A stretch of 64,000 nt of DNA from an uncultured Acidobacteriota bacterium (GCA_963771765.1 CAVYUY010000008.1:10890-74889); one strand, 5' to 3'. Positions 21,489 through 31,890 are shown, numbered from the stretch's first letter. Program-made: numbers and translations. Notes: generated by a model from the letters alone, not told the origin.

Positions 21489-22637
21489 TTATCGTGAAGC
21501 CAATTCTTGTCCCAGCATGGCCGGATTACTGGCGCATGAGAGGCCGGTTTCGAGATCGACGACGCGATCCTGAACTAACTCAGCGATCTCGCCATCGAAG
21601 TGCTGCATTCCCTCGCCGGAGCCGGTTTTCATGGCATCGAGCAGTGAGTTGTTCTCTCGCTCGCCTTTTTCAATACACTCGCGCGTGCGCGCATTTGCCT
21701 TGAGAACTTCGAAAGCGGCAACCCGCCCGCTGCGGTCGGCCTTTGGCATGAGCCTCTGGCACACGATGTAGCGAAACGACTTTGCAAATCGTTCACGCAC
21801 CGACTGCTGCTCCGCCGGTGAGAATGAGCTGATAATGCGCTCCACAGTCTTGGATGCGTCCATCGTATTCAGGCTCGAAAAAACCAGATGCCCAGTCTCA
21901 GCCGCCTCCAGCACGATTTCAATCGTCTCGCGATCCCGCATTTCTCCGACAAGAATCACCTTCGGAGCCTGCCGCATGGCCGAGCGCAGCGCGTGCGCGA
22001 AGCTCGGCGTGTCGCTGTGCAGTTCCCTCTGATGAATCGTCGAGCACTTATGATTATGCAGAAACTCGATCGGATCTTCGATGGTAATGATGTGGTAGTA
22101 CTTCTCGCGATTGATGCTGTCGAGTAGCACCGCCAAAGTGGAAGACTTTCCTGAGCCGGTTGGCCCAGTAACCAGCACGATGCCATCCCTCAGCTTGGTG
22201 ATCTCGGAAAGCTGTTCCGGCATCCGCAACGACGCGAAATCAGGAATGTTCGTGGGAATGACGCGCATGACCACGGCGCAGCTTCCGCGCTGAATAAAAA
22301 TATTCACGCGAAAACGCGCAAGCCCGGGAAGCCCGTACGAAATGTCGCAAGCTCCATGCTCGCGAAGCGTAGTTACGGCCTGCTTGTTGTCGCCGATCAG
22401 GTCCGCCGCAATATGACGCGTGTCGTCGGCCGTCAGGAAACTGAGGCCAGGCACCTGGACGGGAATCATCTGCCCATAGACCTGGACCTGCGGCGGACGG
22501 CCTGGCGAAAAGATCAGGTCGCTGACCTTCTCGGAAGCCTTCAACATGGCGCCGAGCAGGACCGGAGTTGCAATCCGGTCGCTTCCAGTAGCGCCTTCTA
22601 GTTCAACCGAAATCGGAGCAATCGTTGGTGCTGCCAT
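21489..22637 (-). CDS. pilT: Type IV pilus retraction ATPase, PilT family
   Basis: 382 aa with Walker A GPTGSGKSST, IITIEDPIEF, the Asp box and Walker B ILVGEMRD, and His box HLVFSSLNT. Confidence 0.85.
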   Translation of the reverse strand: MAAPTIAPISVELEGATGSDRIATPVLLGAMLKASEKVSDLIFSPGRPPQVQVYGQMIPVQVPGLSFLTADDTRHIAADLIGDNKQAVTTLREHGACDISYGLPGLARFRVNIFIQRGSCAVVMRVIPTNIPDFASLRMPEQLSEITKLRDGIVLVTGPTGSGKSSTLAVLLDSINREKYYHIITIEDPIEFLHNHKCSTIHQRELHSDTPSFAHALRSAMRQAPKVILVGEMRDRETIEIVLEAAETGHLVFSSLNTMDASKTVERIISSFSPAEQQSVRERFAKSFRYIVCQRLMPKADRSGRVAAFEVLKANARTRECIEKGERENNSLLDAMKTGSGEGMQHFDGEIAELVQDRVVDLETGLSCASNPAMLGQELASR

Positions 22638-22760
22638 TCACCCTCGCTTACACGAATCGCACGCACCACAGAAGAGGAGAACTTCAGATGCCTCACTGTA
22701 GCGCGCCTGCGAGGTCATTGCGACGGACACCAAGTGCATAGTCCTTCGTAATGTAATCCG

Positions 22761-22794
22761 GACAAACGAAGAGGACGGCCGTTGGCCGCCCTCT
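22761..22794 (-). terminator. Intrinsic terminator after the TPR lipoprotein gene
   Basis: On the minus strand: gagggcggcc/aac/ggccgtcctc followed by ttcgtttgtc. It lies 34 nt downstream of the stop at 22828. Confidence 0.55.
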
Positions 22795-22827
22795 GAACAG
22801 AATGCTAAATGGCTGATTTGGCTGGAG

Positions 22828-23979
22828 TTACTTCTTGGTCGCCGCCTTCTTCTTGCCGAAGCTGGTCTCCACCGATCCACCGATGCTCGTCAGCATTTGC
22901 TTCGCAGCATCGGCGTAGGTTCCCGAAGGTTGCAACTCAAGGTACTTTTGGAACGCTTCCGCTGTTCCCTGAGGGGCAACCATCTTGTCTCCCTGGAGTG
23001 TGGCTTTCCCGATCATGTTGACGCCCTTCCAGTAGTAGGCGTCGGCACGATTCGGATCCGCCGCAATGACTTTATCGAAGGCTGCCAGAGCGTCGTCCAC
23101 CTTGCCGGCATTGGTCAGGACTGCGCCCGTGTTGAAGTAATACTGCGCCGCGTTTGTCGGATCGGCCTGCGATGCCAATTGGTAAGTCTTAACCGCGTCA
23201 TCCGTCTTGTTGGACTTGGCATAAGCTTCCGCGAGATTGTTGTAGTAGGCCGCGAGATTCTTCCCGGCGTTTGGATCTTTATCGTTCGCCGCAGCCTTCT
23301 TCAAATCGATGGCCTTTTGGTAGTCCTCAACCGCCGATCCCAGCCTCTTTTGCTTCTCCGCGGGATCCGTCTGTTTCGCGGCCGACAACCGGTAATAGTC
23401 TGCCAGCTTGAACCAGATCAGATCGCGGGTAGCATCCACTTGGGTGGCTTCTGTGAGGGATGCGATCGCGGTGTCGAAATCTCCCGCATCGGCTGAGGCC
23501 TTCGCGGCATTCAGCTTGTCGTTCAGCGATTTGACGGTGTTATTTTCTTTCGCCTGTTTCGCCTGCTGCTCCTGCATCTGCTTCTGCTGCTCAGGGGTTA
23601 GACCTACCCCCTTCGCTTGATCCGCTTGCTCTTTCTTGAGATCGATGTCCATGGTGTTCTCGTCAAGAGTCACCTGGAAACCGTTCACGTGGAAAAGTTC
23701 TTTCGCAGCCTTCTGATCATCCGGAGTCTTGTACAAAACAATCTTGTACTTTCCGGGCGCAATACCCAACGAGAAGTACTCGCCTTTCCCGTTGGTTTTC
23801 AGGTTGTACTTCTGGCCATTGTCCAAATTGTCATACTCCACAATGGCGTTGGCGATCGGTTTGCCGTCAGCATCCTTGCATACTCCCTTGACGGTTCCAG
23901 ACGCCTGCGCGAACAAGCTGGGGACTGCGGACGCGAGAGCGAAGATTGCAAAAACAATAATTGCCAAGTGCTTTTTCAT
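22828..23979 (-). CDS. Secreted carboxypeptidase-regulatory-like domain plus TPR-repeat protein
   Basis: Start MKKHLAIIVFAIFALASA with gggagg upstream. The N-terminal block GTVKGVCKDADGKPIANAIVEY...GKGEYFSLGIAPGKYKI has the pattern of a CarboxypepD_reg fold. The C-terminal half has TPR-like A..YY..G repeats. Confidence 0.7.
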   Translation of the reverse strand: MKKHLAIIVFAIFALASAVPSLFAQASGTVKGVCKDADGKPIANAIVEYDNLDNGQKYNLKTNGKGEYFSLGIAPGKYKIVLYKTPDDQKAAKELFHVNGFQVTLDENTMDIDLKKEQADQAKGVGLTPEQQKQMQEQQAKQAKENNTVKSLNDKLNAAKASADAGDFDTAIASLTEATQVDATRDLIWFKLADYYRLSAAKQTDPAEKQKRLGSAVEDYQKAIDLKKAAANDKDPNAGKNLAAYYNNLAEAYAKSNKTDDAVKTYQLASQADPTNAAQYYFNTGAVLTNAGKVDDALAAFDKVIAADPNRADAYYWKGVNMIGKATLQGDKMVAPQGTAEAFQKYLELQPSGTYADAAKQMLTSIGGSVETSFGKKKAATKK

Positions 23980-24076
23980 TTTGCCTCCCGGCAAAAAAAT
24001 TTATTCATCTACATCGTGAATGGCGAGTGGCATTTGAGTCATTCCGCGGACAGCCGTCCTCGCCAATCAGCAAATC

Positions 24077-24757
24077 TTATCTCGCCACGTAAGGGATTGG
24101 GTCCCGCGATCCCGCGGCCTCGAACGCACGCAGGCGCAGCGCACAACTGTCGCAGATTCCGCATGCCCGATCCTCGCGGCTATAACATGACCACGTTAAA
24201 TCGAAGGGTGCACCCAATTCAAGGCCGAGACGCACGATCTCGGCCTTTCTCATCGCGATGAGCGGCGTCACAATGCGAATCTGGCCTTCCTTGGTTCCCG
24301 CCTTAATCACCTCGTTGAACGCATCATAGTAAGCCGGTCGGCAATCCGGATACCCCGAACTGTCAGGTTCAACCGCACCAATGTACACCTTTTCCGCGCC
24401 CAGGACTTCCGCCCAACTCACAGCTACCGACAGAAAATGTGCGTTCCGAAAAGGGACATAGGTCACCGGAACGTTGTGGCCCACATTCTCAAAATCGGGC
24501 ACTGCAATCGACTCATCTGTCAGTGCCGATCCTCCGATCGCGCGCAACGCTTCATTCCGAACCATCAGCCGATCGCGAATGTTCAAACGCTGGCAGATGG
24601 CCAGGAACGACTGCCGCTCCCGCTCCTCGGTACGCTGACCGTAACTGACATGGACCGCTGCCGCTTCGTGGTCACGCACCGCGAGCGTGGCACAGACAGA
24701 CGAATCCATCCCTCCGCTCAGGAGGACAACCGCGCGGGACTTGGTTCCATTCTCCAT
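24077..24757 (-). CDS. queC: 7-cyano-7-deazaguanine synthase QueC
   Basis: 226 aa with [11 protein letters not shown] (PP-loop) and a C-terminal zinc cluster [15 protein letters not shown]. Confidence 0.9.
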   Translation of the reverse strand: MENGTKSRAVVLLSGGMDSSVCATLAVRDHEAAAVHVSYGQRTEERERQSFLAICQRLNIRDRLMVRNEALRAIGGSALTDESIAVPDFENVGHNVPVTYVPFRNAHFLSVAVSWAEVLGAEKVYIGAVEPDSSGYPDCRPAYYDAFNEVIKAGTKEGQIRIVTPLIAMRKAEIVRLGLELGAPFDLTWSCYSREDRACGICDSCALRLRAFEAAGSRDPIPYVAR

Positions 24758-25441
24758 CTACACCCCCTTCACCGCAGGGTCCCAAATGAATTTGTGGAGT
24801 TGGAGTCCAAGCCTTGCCGGAACGTTGTCGGCAATCATCCACTCTGCCAATTCCTGGGGATCGAGAAGGCAGTGCGAGCTGTCACGGGCGCCTGTAGCGT
24901 CCTTGCGGAATGCCGGCGAAAAAAGCACCGCGTTCACCCGCTCGCCTAATCTGTGGTTACGGGTGAAGTCCACCGCGAAGTCATAGTCACCGCGGTCGCT
25001 CAGGACGAACTTGATCTCGTCGCTCAAGGTCAGTGTGCCGAGGTTTTCAACGCAGAACGACCCGCCTTCCGCTGAACCCGGACATTTCACATCCACAATC
25101 TTGACCACTTCTGCCGGAACTTCCTTCAGCGGGCGTTCGCCGCTGGTTTCAAGCAACACCTTGTAGCCGCGATCGATCAGACGCCGCATCAGCGGCACCA
25201 ATTCGCGCTCCTGCAGCATGGGCTCGCCGCCGGTGATTTCGACCAACCCTCCGCCGGGACTCAGGCGAGCCACTTCGTCGAGGATTGCCTCGGGCGTCAT
25301 CTTACGGCCGCCTTGGAACGTGTACTCGCTGTCGCACCAAGTACAGCGGAGATTGCAGCCGGTCAGCCGGACAAACACGCATGGCAGCCCCGCATATGTC
25401 GACTCACCTTGCAACGACTTGTAGATTTCAGTGATTTGCAT
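24758..25441 (-). CDS. queE: 7-carboxy-7-deazaguanine synthase QueE (radical SAM)
   Basis: Track ORF 24758..25519. The conserved start is MQITEIYKSLQGES, and the cluster motif is RLTGCNLRCTWCDSEY. Start choice (25441 versus 25483 or 25519) is uncertain. Confidence 0.85.
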   Translation of the reverse strand: MQITEIYKSLQGESTYAGLPCVFVRLTGCNLRCTWCDSEYTFQGGRKMTPEAILDEVARLSPGGGLVEITGGEPMLQERELVPLMRRLIDRGYKVLLETSGERPLKEVPAEVVKIVDVKCPGSAEGGSFCVENLGTLTLSDEIKFVLSDRGDYDFAVDFTRNHRLGERVNAVLFSPAFRKDATGARDSSHCLLDPQELAEWMIADNVPARLGLQLHKFIWDPAVKGV

Positions 25442-25519
25442 GACAAAATGGCCGCCGGCGTTCAGCCATCGGCTCTCGGCCATCCAGGCAGCGGCCGCAG
25501 CAACTTCGAAACTGCTCAA

Positions 25520-25897
25520 TTACTCGCTGTATTTCGCCGTCGTTGTATCGGTTTCAAAAACAGTCACGTCCTTGATCCGGACACGGCCCTTAGTGGCATC
25601 CTGCAGGCGGCTGTTGGACTCGTCGTAGAAATACTTCGCCAGGTTTTCCGCAGACGGGTTAATCACGGTAAAGGGCTCGACTTCGTTGATCATTTGATGG
25701 TCGAGGCGTTCGATGACGTGCCGCATGACTTCACGCAGGTCTTTGAAGTCCAGCAACAAGCCGGCCTTGTCCAACTCGGCCCCCGCCAGGGTCACCCGAA
25801 TCTTGTAGTTGTGACCGTGCGGATTTTCGCACTTGCCCTTGTAATTGCGCAGGTAGTGGCCCGCGGCGAATGTATCTTCAACCGTGACTTCGAACAT
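25520..25897 (-). CDS. queD: 6-carboxy-5,6,7,8-tetrahydropterin synthase QueD
   Basis: 125 aa with FAAGHYLRNYKGKCENPHGHNY and FETDTTTAKY, the PTPS family signature. Confidence 0.9.
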   Translation of the reverse strand: MFEVTVEDTFAAGHYLRNYKGKCENPHGHNYKIRVTLAGAELDKAGLLLDFKDLREVMRHVIERLDHQMINEVEPFTVINPSAENLAKYFYDESNSRLQDATKGRVRIKDVTVFETDTTTAKYSE

Positions 25898-26042
25898 GCT
25901 CCCCCAAACGATGCGCGCGATCCCGTGCGCCTGAAATCCAACAAATATTGTACCGCCTGCGCCCCTTTCTGACCGTGGCTTGACGGCATTCCATCGCCGA
26001 ATGTAGCTTGCCTAAGCGTTCTTGTTCATCGATGGAGAGGAA

Positions 26043-27995
26043 ATGACACGTAGAAGCCTTCTGGTTCTCATTCTTTGCGCGGGCACGTTGACTCATATCG
26101 GTTTCACCCAGGCCCGGACAGAAACGCCGGAGTTTGACGTAAAAGAGCACTACACCAAATACGAATACCGCATCCAGATGCGGGACGGCGTTCACCTCTT
26201 CACCTCGGTGTATGTTCCGAAGGATGCTTCGCACGCGTATCCATTTCTGATCGACCGCACTCCTTACAGCGTCAGCCCCTACGGCGTCGACTTTTACCGA
26301 TCGCAACTTGGCCCCGCTCCCGAATTCGACAAAGCGGGTTACATTTTCGTGTTTCAGGATGTTCGAGGGCGTTACATGTCGGAAGGAACGTTTGTCGAGA
26401 TGCGGCCGCACATCGACAACAAGAAATCCAAACAGGAAGTGGACGATAGCAGCGACCTCTACGACACGATTGACTGGCTGCTCAAGAATGTTCCCAACAA
26501 CAACGGCAATGCCGGCATCTGGGGAATCTCCTATCCTGGATTCTTCACCTCTGCCAGCATCATCGACTCCCATCCTGCTCTGAAAGCAGCGTCACCGCAG
26601 GCTCCGATGACCGACCTCTTCATGGGAGACGACGCGTATCACGGCGGCGCTTTCATGCTTGCAGCCAATTTCGGGTTCTACAGTCAATTCAAGCCGCAGG
26701 AAAATCCGCAACTTCCCGCAAAGACGCCCGTTCCCTTTGATTGGGGCACCAAAGATGGCTATCAGTTCTACTTGAACGCCGGTCCCTTATCGAATTTACG
26801 AAAATATTTGGATGGCAAAAGCGCGCTCTGGGACGACCAAGTCAATCACGACACATACGACGACTACTGGAAAGCTCGCAATCTGGCTCCCCACATGAAA
26901 AACATCCATTGCGCGGTCATGACCGTAGGTGGATGGTTCGATGCTGAGGATCTGCAGGGTCCGTTTTCAACATTTCATTCGATCGCCAAAAATAATCCGG
27001 GCACGGTGAACACACTCGTTGTCGGGCCATGGGTCCACGGCGGATGGGGGCGCTACGACGGAGAACATCTTGGCCGCGTCGAATTTGGTTCAAGCACCGG
27101 AGAGTTCTACAGAAAGAACATCCTCTTCCCGTTTTTCGAGCAATACTTAAAAGGAAGCGGAGACGCAAAGCTTCCGAAGGCTTACGTATTTGAAACAGGA
27201 ACCAACGTATGGCGAAAGTATTCTGCGTGGCCTCCGGAAAATGTGGAAAAGAAAACGTTATATTTTCACGCTAACGGCGAACTCTCGTTCGAAGCTCCAG
27301 GAACCGAAGGACAATCGTTTGACGAATACATAAGCGATCCGGCGAAGCCCGTGCCATTCGTCAGCTACACCGGTCTGAACGTGCCGCAGGAATACATGGT
27401 GTCCGATCAGCGGTTCGCCGACAGCCGTACCGATGTTCTGGTGTACGAAACGCCGATATTGCAGGAAGACGTCACGATTGCCGGACCGATCTCTCCTCGC
27501 CTTTTCGTTTCGACGAGCGGCACCGATTCTGACTGGGATGTGAAGTTGGTCGATGTCTATCCCACAGACTTTCCCGACAGCAAGCAGGACGCGCCGCGGG
27601 CCGAGGATCGCGACAAACCGAGAAAAGATGTTGCGGTACCTGCCTTCAACATTGGTGGATATCAGCAACTGGTGCGCGGCGAACCATTTCGCGGTAAATT
27701 CCGCCACAGCTTTGAGAAGCCGGAGCCGTTCACTCCCGGCAAGGTCGAAGAGATCAACTTCACGATGCAGGATGTCAATCACACCTTCCGTCGCGGACAC
27801 CGCATCATGGTGCAGATTCAGGGTTCATGGTTCCCGCTTACCGACCGCAATCCACAGACGTTCGTGAACATCCCCGATGCCAGGCCGGCCGACTTCGTAA
27901 AAGCAACGCAGCACGTGTACCACAGCAAAAGCGAGGCCTCGGGAATTCAAGTTCAGATCGTTCCGAACGCAGCAGAAACGGAAAGTACAAAATAG
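26043..27995 (+). CDS. CocE/NonD family hydrolase (X-Pro dipeptidyl-peptidase, S15-like), secreted
   Basis: Track ORF 26022..27995. The likely start is MTRRSLLVLILCAG. It has RTPY, GIWGISYPGF (nucleophile elbow) and a C-terminal beta-sandwich ending HVYHSKSEASGIQVQI. Confidence 0.85.
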   Translation: MTRRSLLVLILCAGTLTHIGFTQARTETPEFDVKEHYTKYEYRIQMRDGVHLFTSVYVPKDASHAYPFLIDRTPYSVSPYGVDFYRSQLGPAPEFDKAGYIFVFQDVRGRYMSEGTFVEMRPHIDNKKSKQEVDDSSDLYDTIDWLLKNVPNNNGNAGIWGISYPGFFTSASIIDSHPALKAASPQAPMTDLFMGDDAYHGGAFMLAANFGFYSQFKPQENPQLPAKTPVPFDWGTKDGYQFYLNAGPLSNLRKYLDGKSALWDDQVNHDTYDDYWKARNLAPHMKNIHCAVMTVGGWFDAEDLQGPFSTFHSIAKNNPGTVNTLVVGPWVHGGWGRYDGEHLGRVEFGSSTGEFYRKNILFPFFEQYLKGSGDAKLPKAYVFETGTNVWRKYSAWPPENVEKKTLYFHANGELSFEAPGTEGQSFDEYISDPAKPVPFVSYTGLNVPQEYMVSDQRFADSRTDVLVYETPILQEDVTIAGPISPRLFVSTSGTDSDWDVKLVDVYPTDFPDSKQDAPRAEDRDKPRKDVAVPAFNIGGYQQLVRGEPFRGKFRHSFEKPEPFTPGKVEEINFTMQDVNHTFRRGHRIMVQIQGSWFPLTDRNPQTFVNIPDARPADFVKATQHVYHSKSEASGIQVQIVPNAAETESTK

Positions 27996-28022
27996 GGACA
28001 TCTTTCAATCATCTATCGACCC

Positions 28023-28053
28023 CTTGTCATTCCGACCGAAGGGAGGAATCTGC
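28023..28053 (+). repeat. Family-B short hairpin repeat
   Basis: cttgtcattccgaccgaagggaggaatctgc. It matches 8040-8070 apart from the loop and 3' end. Confidence 0.5.
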
Positions 28054-28190
28054 TGCTCCCCGCCACGATCTGCGAGGCGTAAATCTCATTCGCCTTGCCG
28101 CCTGATTCGGGATTAAAATCTTGCATCTCCCTGGAATCCGGCCCCAGAGTTCGTCGCCAAACACCTCGCTCACGAGAAAGGACACCGGCA

Positions 28191-29678
28191 ATGAACGTCC
28201 TGCTACTCTCGATGCCCGATTCGTTCGAACACATGCCCTCACTAGCAATCCGCATGCCCAATGGCGGATTGACTTCCATCGCCGGAAACATCGATCCGCA
28301 TCACCACGTAGCCGTCGCTGACCTGATCCTCGTTCAAGGACAGGTTCGCGAGACCGTCACTCGACTGGTTCGCGAAATGCAACCGGACGTCGTCGGCTTG
28401 TCGGTCATGACATTTCAGCGGCGTACTGCGGGACGCATCATTGAACTGGTCCGAGCGCTGAAACCTGACGCAAAGATCGTTGTGGGCGGATACGATCCCA
28501 GCCTGGCCTCGGAAGCCTACGAAGCTTTCGCCATTGATTTCCTTGTTCGCGGCGAGGGGGAAGTCACGTTCCGCGATCTCTTACGCGTAATCGAGAACGG
28601 CACTGGCCCCGAAACGGTTGCCGGCCTCTCGTTTCGTAGAGGAGGCTCTTGGATTCACAACACTGCGCGCGCCCCTCATCGTCTGGAAGACAACGAGATA
28701 CGCTTGCCCAAGCGCGATGCCCGAGTTCTCGGCGGATACACATTGCTCGGGCGCCAAGTCGACGTCATCGAAACCTCCCGGGGATGCACCTACGATTGCA
28801 GTTTCTGCTCGATCATCGAAATGCGCGGCAGGAATTTCTTTACTTATTCCTTCGACCGCGTGATCGCCGATATTCGCGATGCCCGGGATCACGGCGCTCG
28901 CACCCTCTTCCTCGTCGACGACAACATCATGCTGAACGTCAAGCGTTTCGAGGCTCTGTGCGAAGCCATCATCGCGGCTGGCCTGAACGGCATCGACTAC
29001 TTCGTGCAGGCCATGACCTCGTCGATCGCCAATCACGGCGAAACTCTCGCTCCCCTGATGAAGCGGGCAGGCTTTCGCTACGTTTTTCTAGGCATTGAAA
29101 ACATTCTTGAGAGCGACCTCGATTTCCTGCGCGCCTCAGCAAAGAACACCGCTCGCGACAATGGCCGGAGCACCGGGAATGCGACGTTACAAGCCATCGA
29201 TTTCCTTCATCGCAATCAGATGTTCGTCGTCGGCGGTTTGATCGTTGGCAATCCGGACGACACTCGCGAATCAATCGAAGCCAATCTCGAATTCGCGCGC
29301 CGCTATGTCGATTGGCCCTACATCCAGCATCCCACCCCGTATCCCCGCACGCCGATGACAAAGGATTTCCGCGATCAAGGATTGATCGAGAACGAACAGT
29401 TCGAAGAATATGACGGCACCACCGCCGTCGTCCGCACCAAGCACTTATCGGCTGAAGAAGTGGAATATCTATGCTGGAAGGCTGGCCGCTGGATGAAGAC
29501 GAAGCACATTCCCGCGGTTCTCCGCCACGACCCCTGGTTCGTGCTGTCCAATGGACGGAAGATGCTCGCTCACACGTTTCGGGGCACCTCGATCCGTTCA
29601 GCCCTGAAGCTCGAGGACGACAAGAAGTCATTTCAGCGCTACAAGGCCATCCGCAAAGCAGAACACGAATACGTCTAG
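28191..29678 (+). CDS. B12-binding-domain radical SAM protein, substrate unknown
   Basis: Track ORF 28095..29678. The likely start is MNVLLLSMPD, with gaaagga upstream. The N-terminal part is a cobalamin-binding-like domain. The radical SAM cluster is SRGCTYDCSFCS. Confidence 0.85.
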   Translation: MNVLLLSMPDSFEHMPSLAIRMPNGGLTSIAGNIDPHHHVAVADLILVQGQVRETVTRLVREMQPDVVGLSVMTFQRRTAGRIIELVRALKPDAKIVVGGYDPSLASEAYEAFAIDFLVRGEGEVTFRDLLRVIENGTGPETVAGLSFRRGGSWIHNTARAPHRLEDNEIRLPKRDARVLGGYTLLGRQVDVIETSRGCTYDCSFCSIIEMRGRNFFTYSFDRVIADIRDARDHGARTLFLVDDNIMLNVKRFEALCEAIIAAGLNGIDYFVQAMTSSIANHGETLAPLMKRAGFRYVFLGIENILESDLDFLRASAKNTARDNGRSTGNATLQAIDFLHRNQMFVVGGLIVGNPDDTRESIEANLEFARRYVDWPYIQHPTPYPRTPMTKDFRDQGLIENEQFEEYDGTTAVVRTKHLSAEEVEYLCWKAGRWMKTKHIPAVLRHDPWFVLSNGRKMLAHTFRGTSIRSALKLEDDKKSFQRYKAIRKAEHEYV

Positions 29679-29692
29679 CGTCCGAACACTCG

Positions 29693-31786
29693 TCACTGTC
29701 CTACTCCGAAGAATTCTTCGACGACGCGGACGTCGGTCGTTTTCTTGTAATTCGGCAGGCTCTCGACAAAAATGCGCCCATACTGCTTCTTCAGGATTCG
29801 ATTGTCGAGCAAGACGAGCAGGCCGCGATCATGCAGAGACCGAATCAGCCGTCCAAAACCCTGCTTCAACGTAATGACCGCGGACGGCACCTGGTACTGA
29901 AAGAACGCATTTCCTCCATCGGCGTCAATCGCCTTCACCCGCGCCGCGACCACTGGGTCGCTCGGCACCGCAAATGGCAACCGATCGATAATGACGCAAC
30001 TCAGCTGATCCCCCTGAACATCAACGCCCTGCCAGAAAGACGAAGTCGCAAACAACACCGCATTCGGAGTCAGCCGGAATTCTTCAAGTAGCGCACTCTT
30101 GGGCGCGTCTCCCTGGCGCAGCATCGGAAACTCAACCTCTCCCAAGAGCCGCTGGTAGATGTCGTTCATCTGCGCGTAGCTGGTGAAAAGAACAAATGCG
30201 CGCCCACGCGTGATCTCCAGCAACTTTCTGATACGCTCTGCCGCTTTCGCAGTGAATTGCGGCGTGCGCGGATCAGGAAGATCGGGCGGAACATATAGCA
30301 CCGCCTGGCTCTCATAATCGAAATGCGACGGCAGCACCGATTCGCGGGCATGCTCGACCCCTAAGCGCTGCCGGATATATTCGAAGCTCCCCCCGACGGC
30401 GAGTGTTGCTGACGTCAGCACCGCGGACTCCAGCTTCGACCAAAGGCATTCGCGCAGAATTGGCCCAACATCAATTGGCGTAGCTTGCAGAAAAGTGTGA
30501 CGGCCGCGAGAAAGAGGCTCGGGCGCTCTCGCGTTCTTGTCCGCGTCTCGACTTGCGCGTGCATTCTCACGGTATCCAGGCCGCCCTCCACGCCTCTCAA
30601 TCCAGAAGACCGTATTTCGATCATCGGATTCCATGGCGAATCCGAGCTGCACCTGAATCTCTTGAGCGCGCCGTACGAAGTTGAATACTTCCTCCGGCTT
30701 CTGCGGCAAGGCCTCCAGTTCTCCCGCCAACCGATTGAGAGATTGATTCAACGCGCCGTATTCGTCCCCGTTCTCTTCGAGAAATTCCCGGCGTGACTCG
30801 AAGGCAAATCTTCCGTCCCCGGCGGGCAGCAGCGAGAAGAACAGTTGTGCGCGATCCCGCAAACTGCCAAGAGCACCCGATACGGACGCCGACAGCATTC
30901 GGTTGTGCTGCATCGAACTCTCGACGTCTCGCGCCAGTTCTTCGATCCGCAGATTACTGACCGAAATACCAAAATAATTCCCTGCCACATCCTCTAGTTC
31001 GTGGGCCTCGTCGAATACGACCGCCGCTGCCTCCGGAAGAATCCCCGCATCCGGAGCTCCATCGGCCTGCAACTTGATGGCGAGATCCGCGAAAAACAGA
31101 TGATGGTTCACGATGATGATGTCGCTCTCCATCGCCCGGCGCCGCATTTCAGTGATGAAGCAACGCTCCCACTCGCTGCATTTCTGCCCCGTACAGGTAT
31201 CGGCTCGGGCATCGAGCTTGTGCCACAGCAGGCTTGCCTCCGGCAACTCGGCGAGTTCGGCCCGGTCCCCGGTCGCCGTGCTCTTTTCCCACGCTGCAAT
31301 TGCCCGGTATTGCTCGATCTCTTCGAGCCCGCTGAGCACCGGCTGATCTGTAAGGTCGTACAGCTTTTTGCGGCAGAGATAATTGTTGCGCCCCTTCATG
31401 TAGCAGACGGAAAGGCGCGAGCCAGATGACGCGTCTCCGTACAGCGCCTGCTCCAGAAATGGAATGTCTTTATAGAACAGCTGCTCCTGAAGGTTCTTCG
31501 TTCCGGTCGAGATGATGACTCGTTTCCCCGAGCGAATCACCGGAACGAGATACGCCAGCGTCTTGCCGGTACCCGTTCCAGCCTCCACGATCAGGTGACG
31601 CTTTTCTTCCAGCGCCTGCTCGACCGCCTGCGCCATCTGCAACTGCCCTCGCCGAAATTCGTAGGCTGGATGCGTCCGCGATAGAACTCCGCCGGGCGCA
31701 AAGAATTGGTACAGCGATCCCTCTTTTCCATTTGGGCCGGAACCGCTCGCGTCGGCGGAAGAGACGGGCTGGGGACTGGGAGACAC
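29693..31786 (-). CDS. ATP-dependent DNA helicase, DinG/Rad3(XPD)-like superfamily 2
   Basis: 697 aa with Walker A EAGTGTGKT, the DEAH box VFDEAHEL, a four-Cys cluster region (CYMKGRNNYLCR...C...C), and the C-terminal motifs TSATL and QGFGRLIR. Confidence 0.85.
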   Translation of the reverse strand: MSPSPQPVSSADASGSGPNGKEGSLYQFFAPGGVLSRTHPAYEFRRGQLQMAQAVEQALEEKRHLIVEAGTGTGKTLAYLVPVIRSGKRVIISTGTKNLQEQLFYKDIPFLEQALYGDASSGSRLSVCYMKGRNNYLCRKKLYDLTDQPVLSGLEEIEQYRAIAAWEKSTATGDRAELAELPEASLLWHKLDARADTCTGQKCSEWERCFITEMRRRAMESDIIIVNHHLFFADLAIKLQADGAPDAGILPEAAAVVFDEAHELEDVAGNYFGISVSNLRIEELARDVESSMQHNRMLSASVSGALGSLRDRAQLFFSLLPAGDGRFAFESRREFLEENGDEYGALNQSLNRLAGELEALPQKPEEVFNFVRRAQEIQVQLGFAMESDDRNTVFWIERRGGRPGYRENARASRDADKNARAPEPLSRGRHTFLQATPIDVGPILRECLWSKLESAVLTSATLAVGGSFEYIRQRLGVEHARESVLPSHFDYESQAVLYVPPDLPDPRTPQFTAKAAERIRKLLEITRGRAFVLFTSYAQMNDIYQRLLGEVEFPMLRQGDAPKSALLEEFRLTPNAVLFATSSFWQGVDVQGDQLSCVIIDRLPFAVPSDPVVAARVKAIDADGGNAFFQYQVPSAVITLKQGFGRLIRSLHDRGLLVLLDNRILKKQYGRIFVESLPNYKKTTDVRVVEEFFGVGQ

Positions 31787-31890
31787 GGGAGTCTCTATAA
31801 TAGCGATTCCGGGACTTTCGCATCGCGCGCTGCACAGCGGCTTCGGTCGAACTGGCAGACGAGGTCGGAATACCGCACTTCGGCCTCAAT

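Noticed and set aside
25898-26021. Possible preQ1 riboswitch upstream of queD-queE-queC
   Set aside because: The minus-strand leader has no preQ1-I or preQ1-II-like stem with an A-rich tail. It has only a generic GC hairpin.
25878-26573. 231-aa minus-strand ORF
   Set aside because: It overlaps the 5' part of the CocE/NonD hydrolase gene on the opposite strand and has no motifs. The plus-strand gene has a signal peptide and family motifs.
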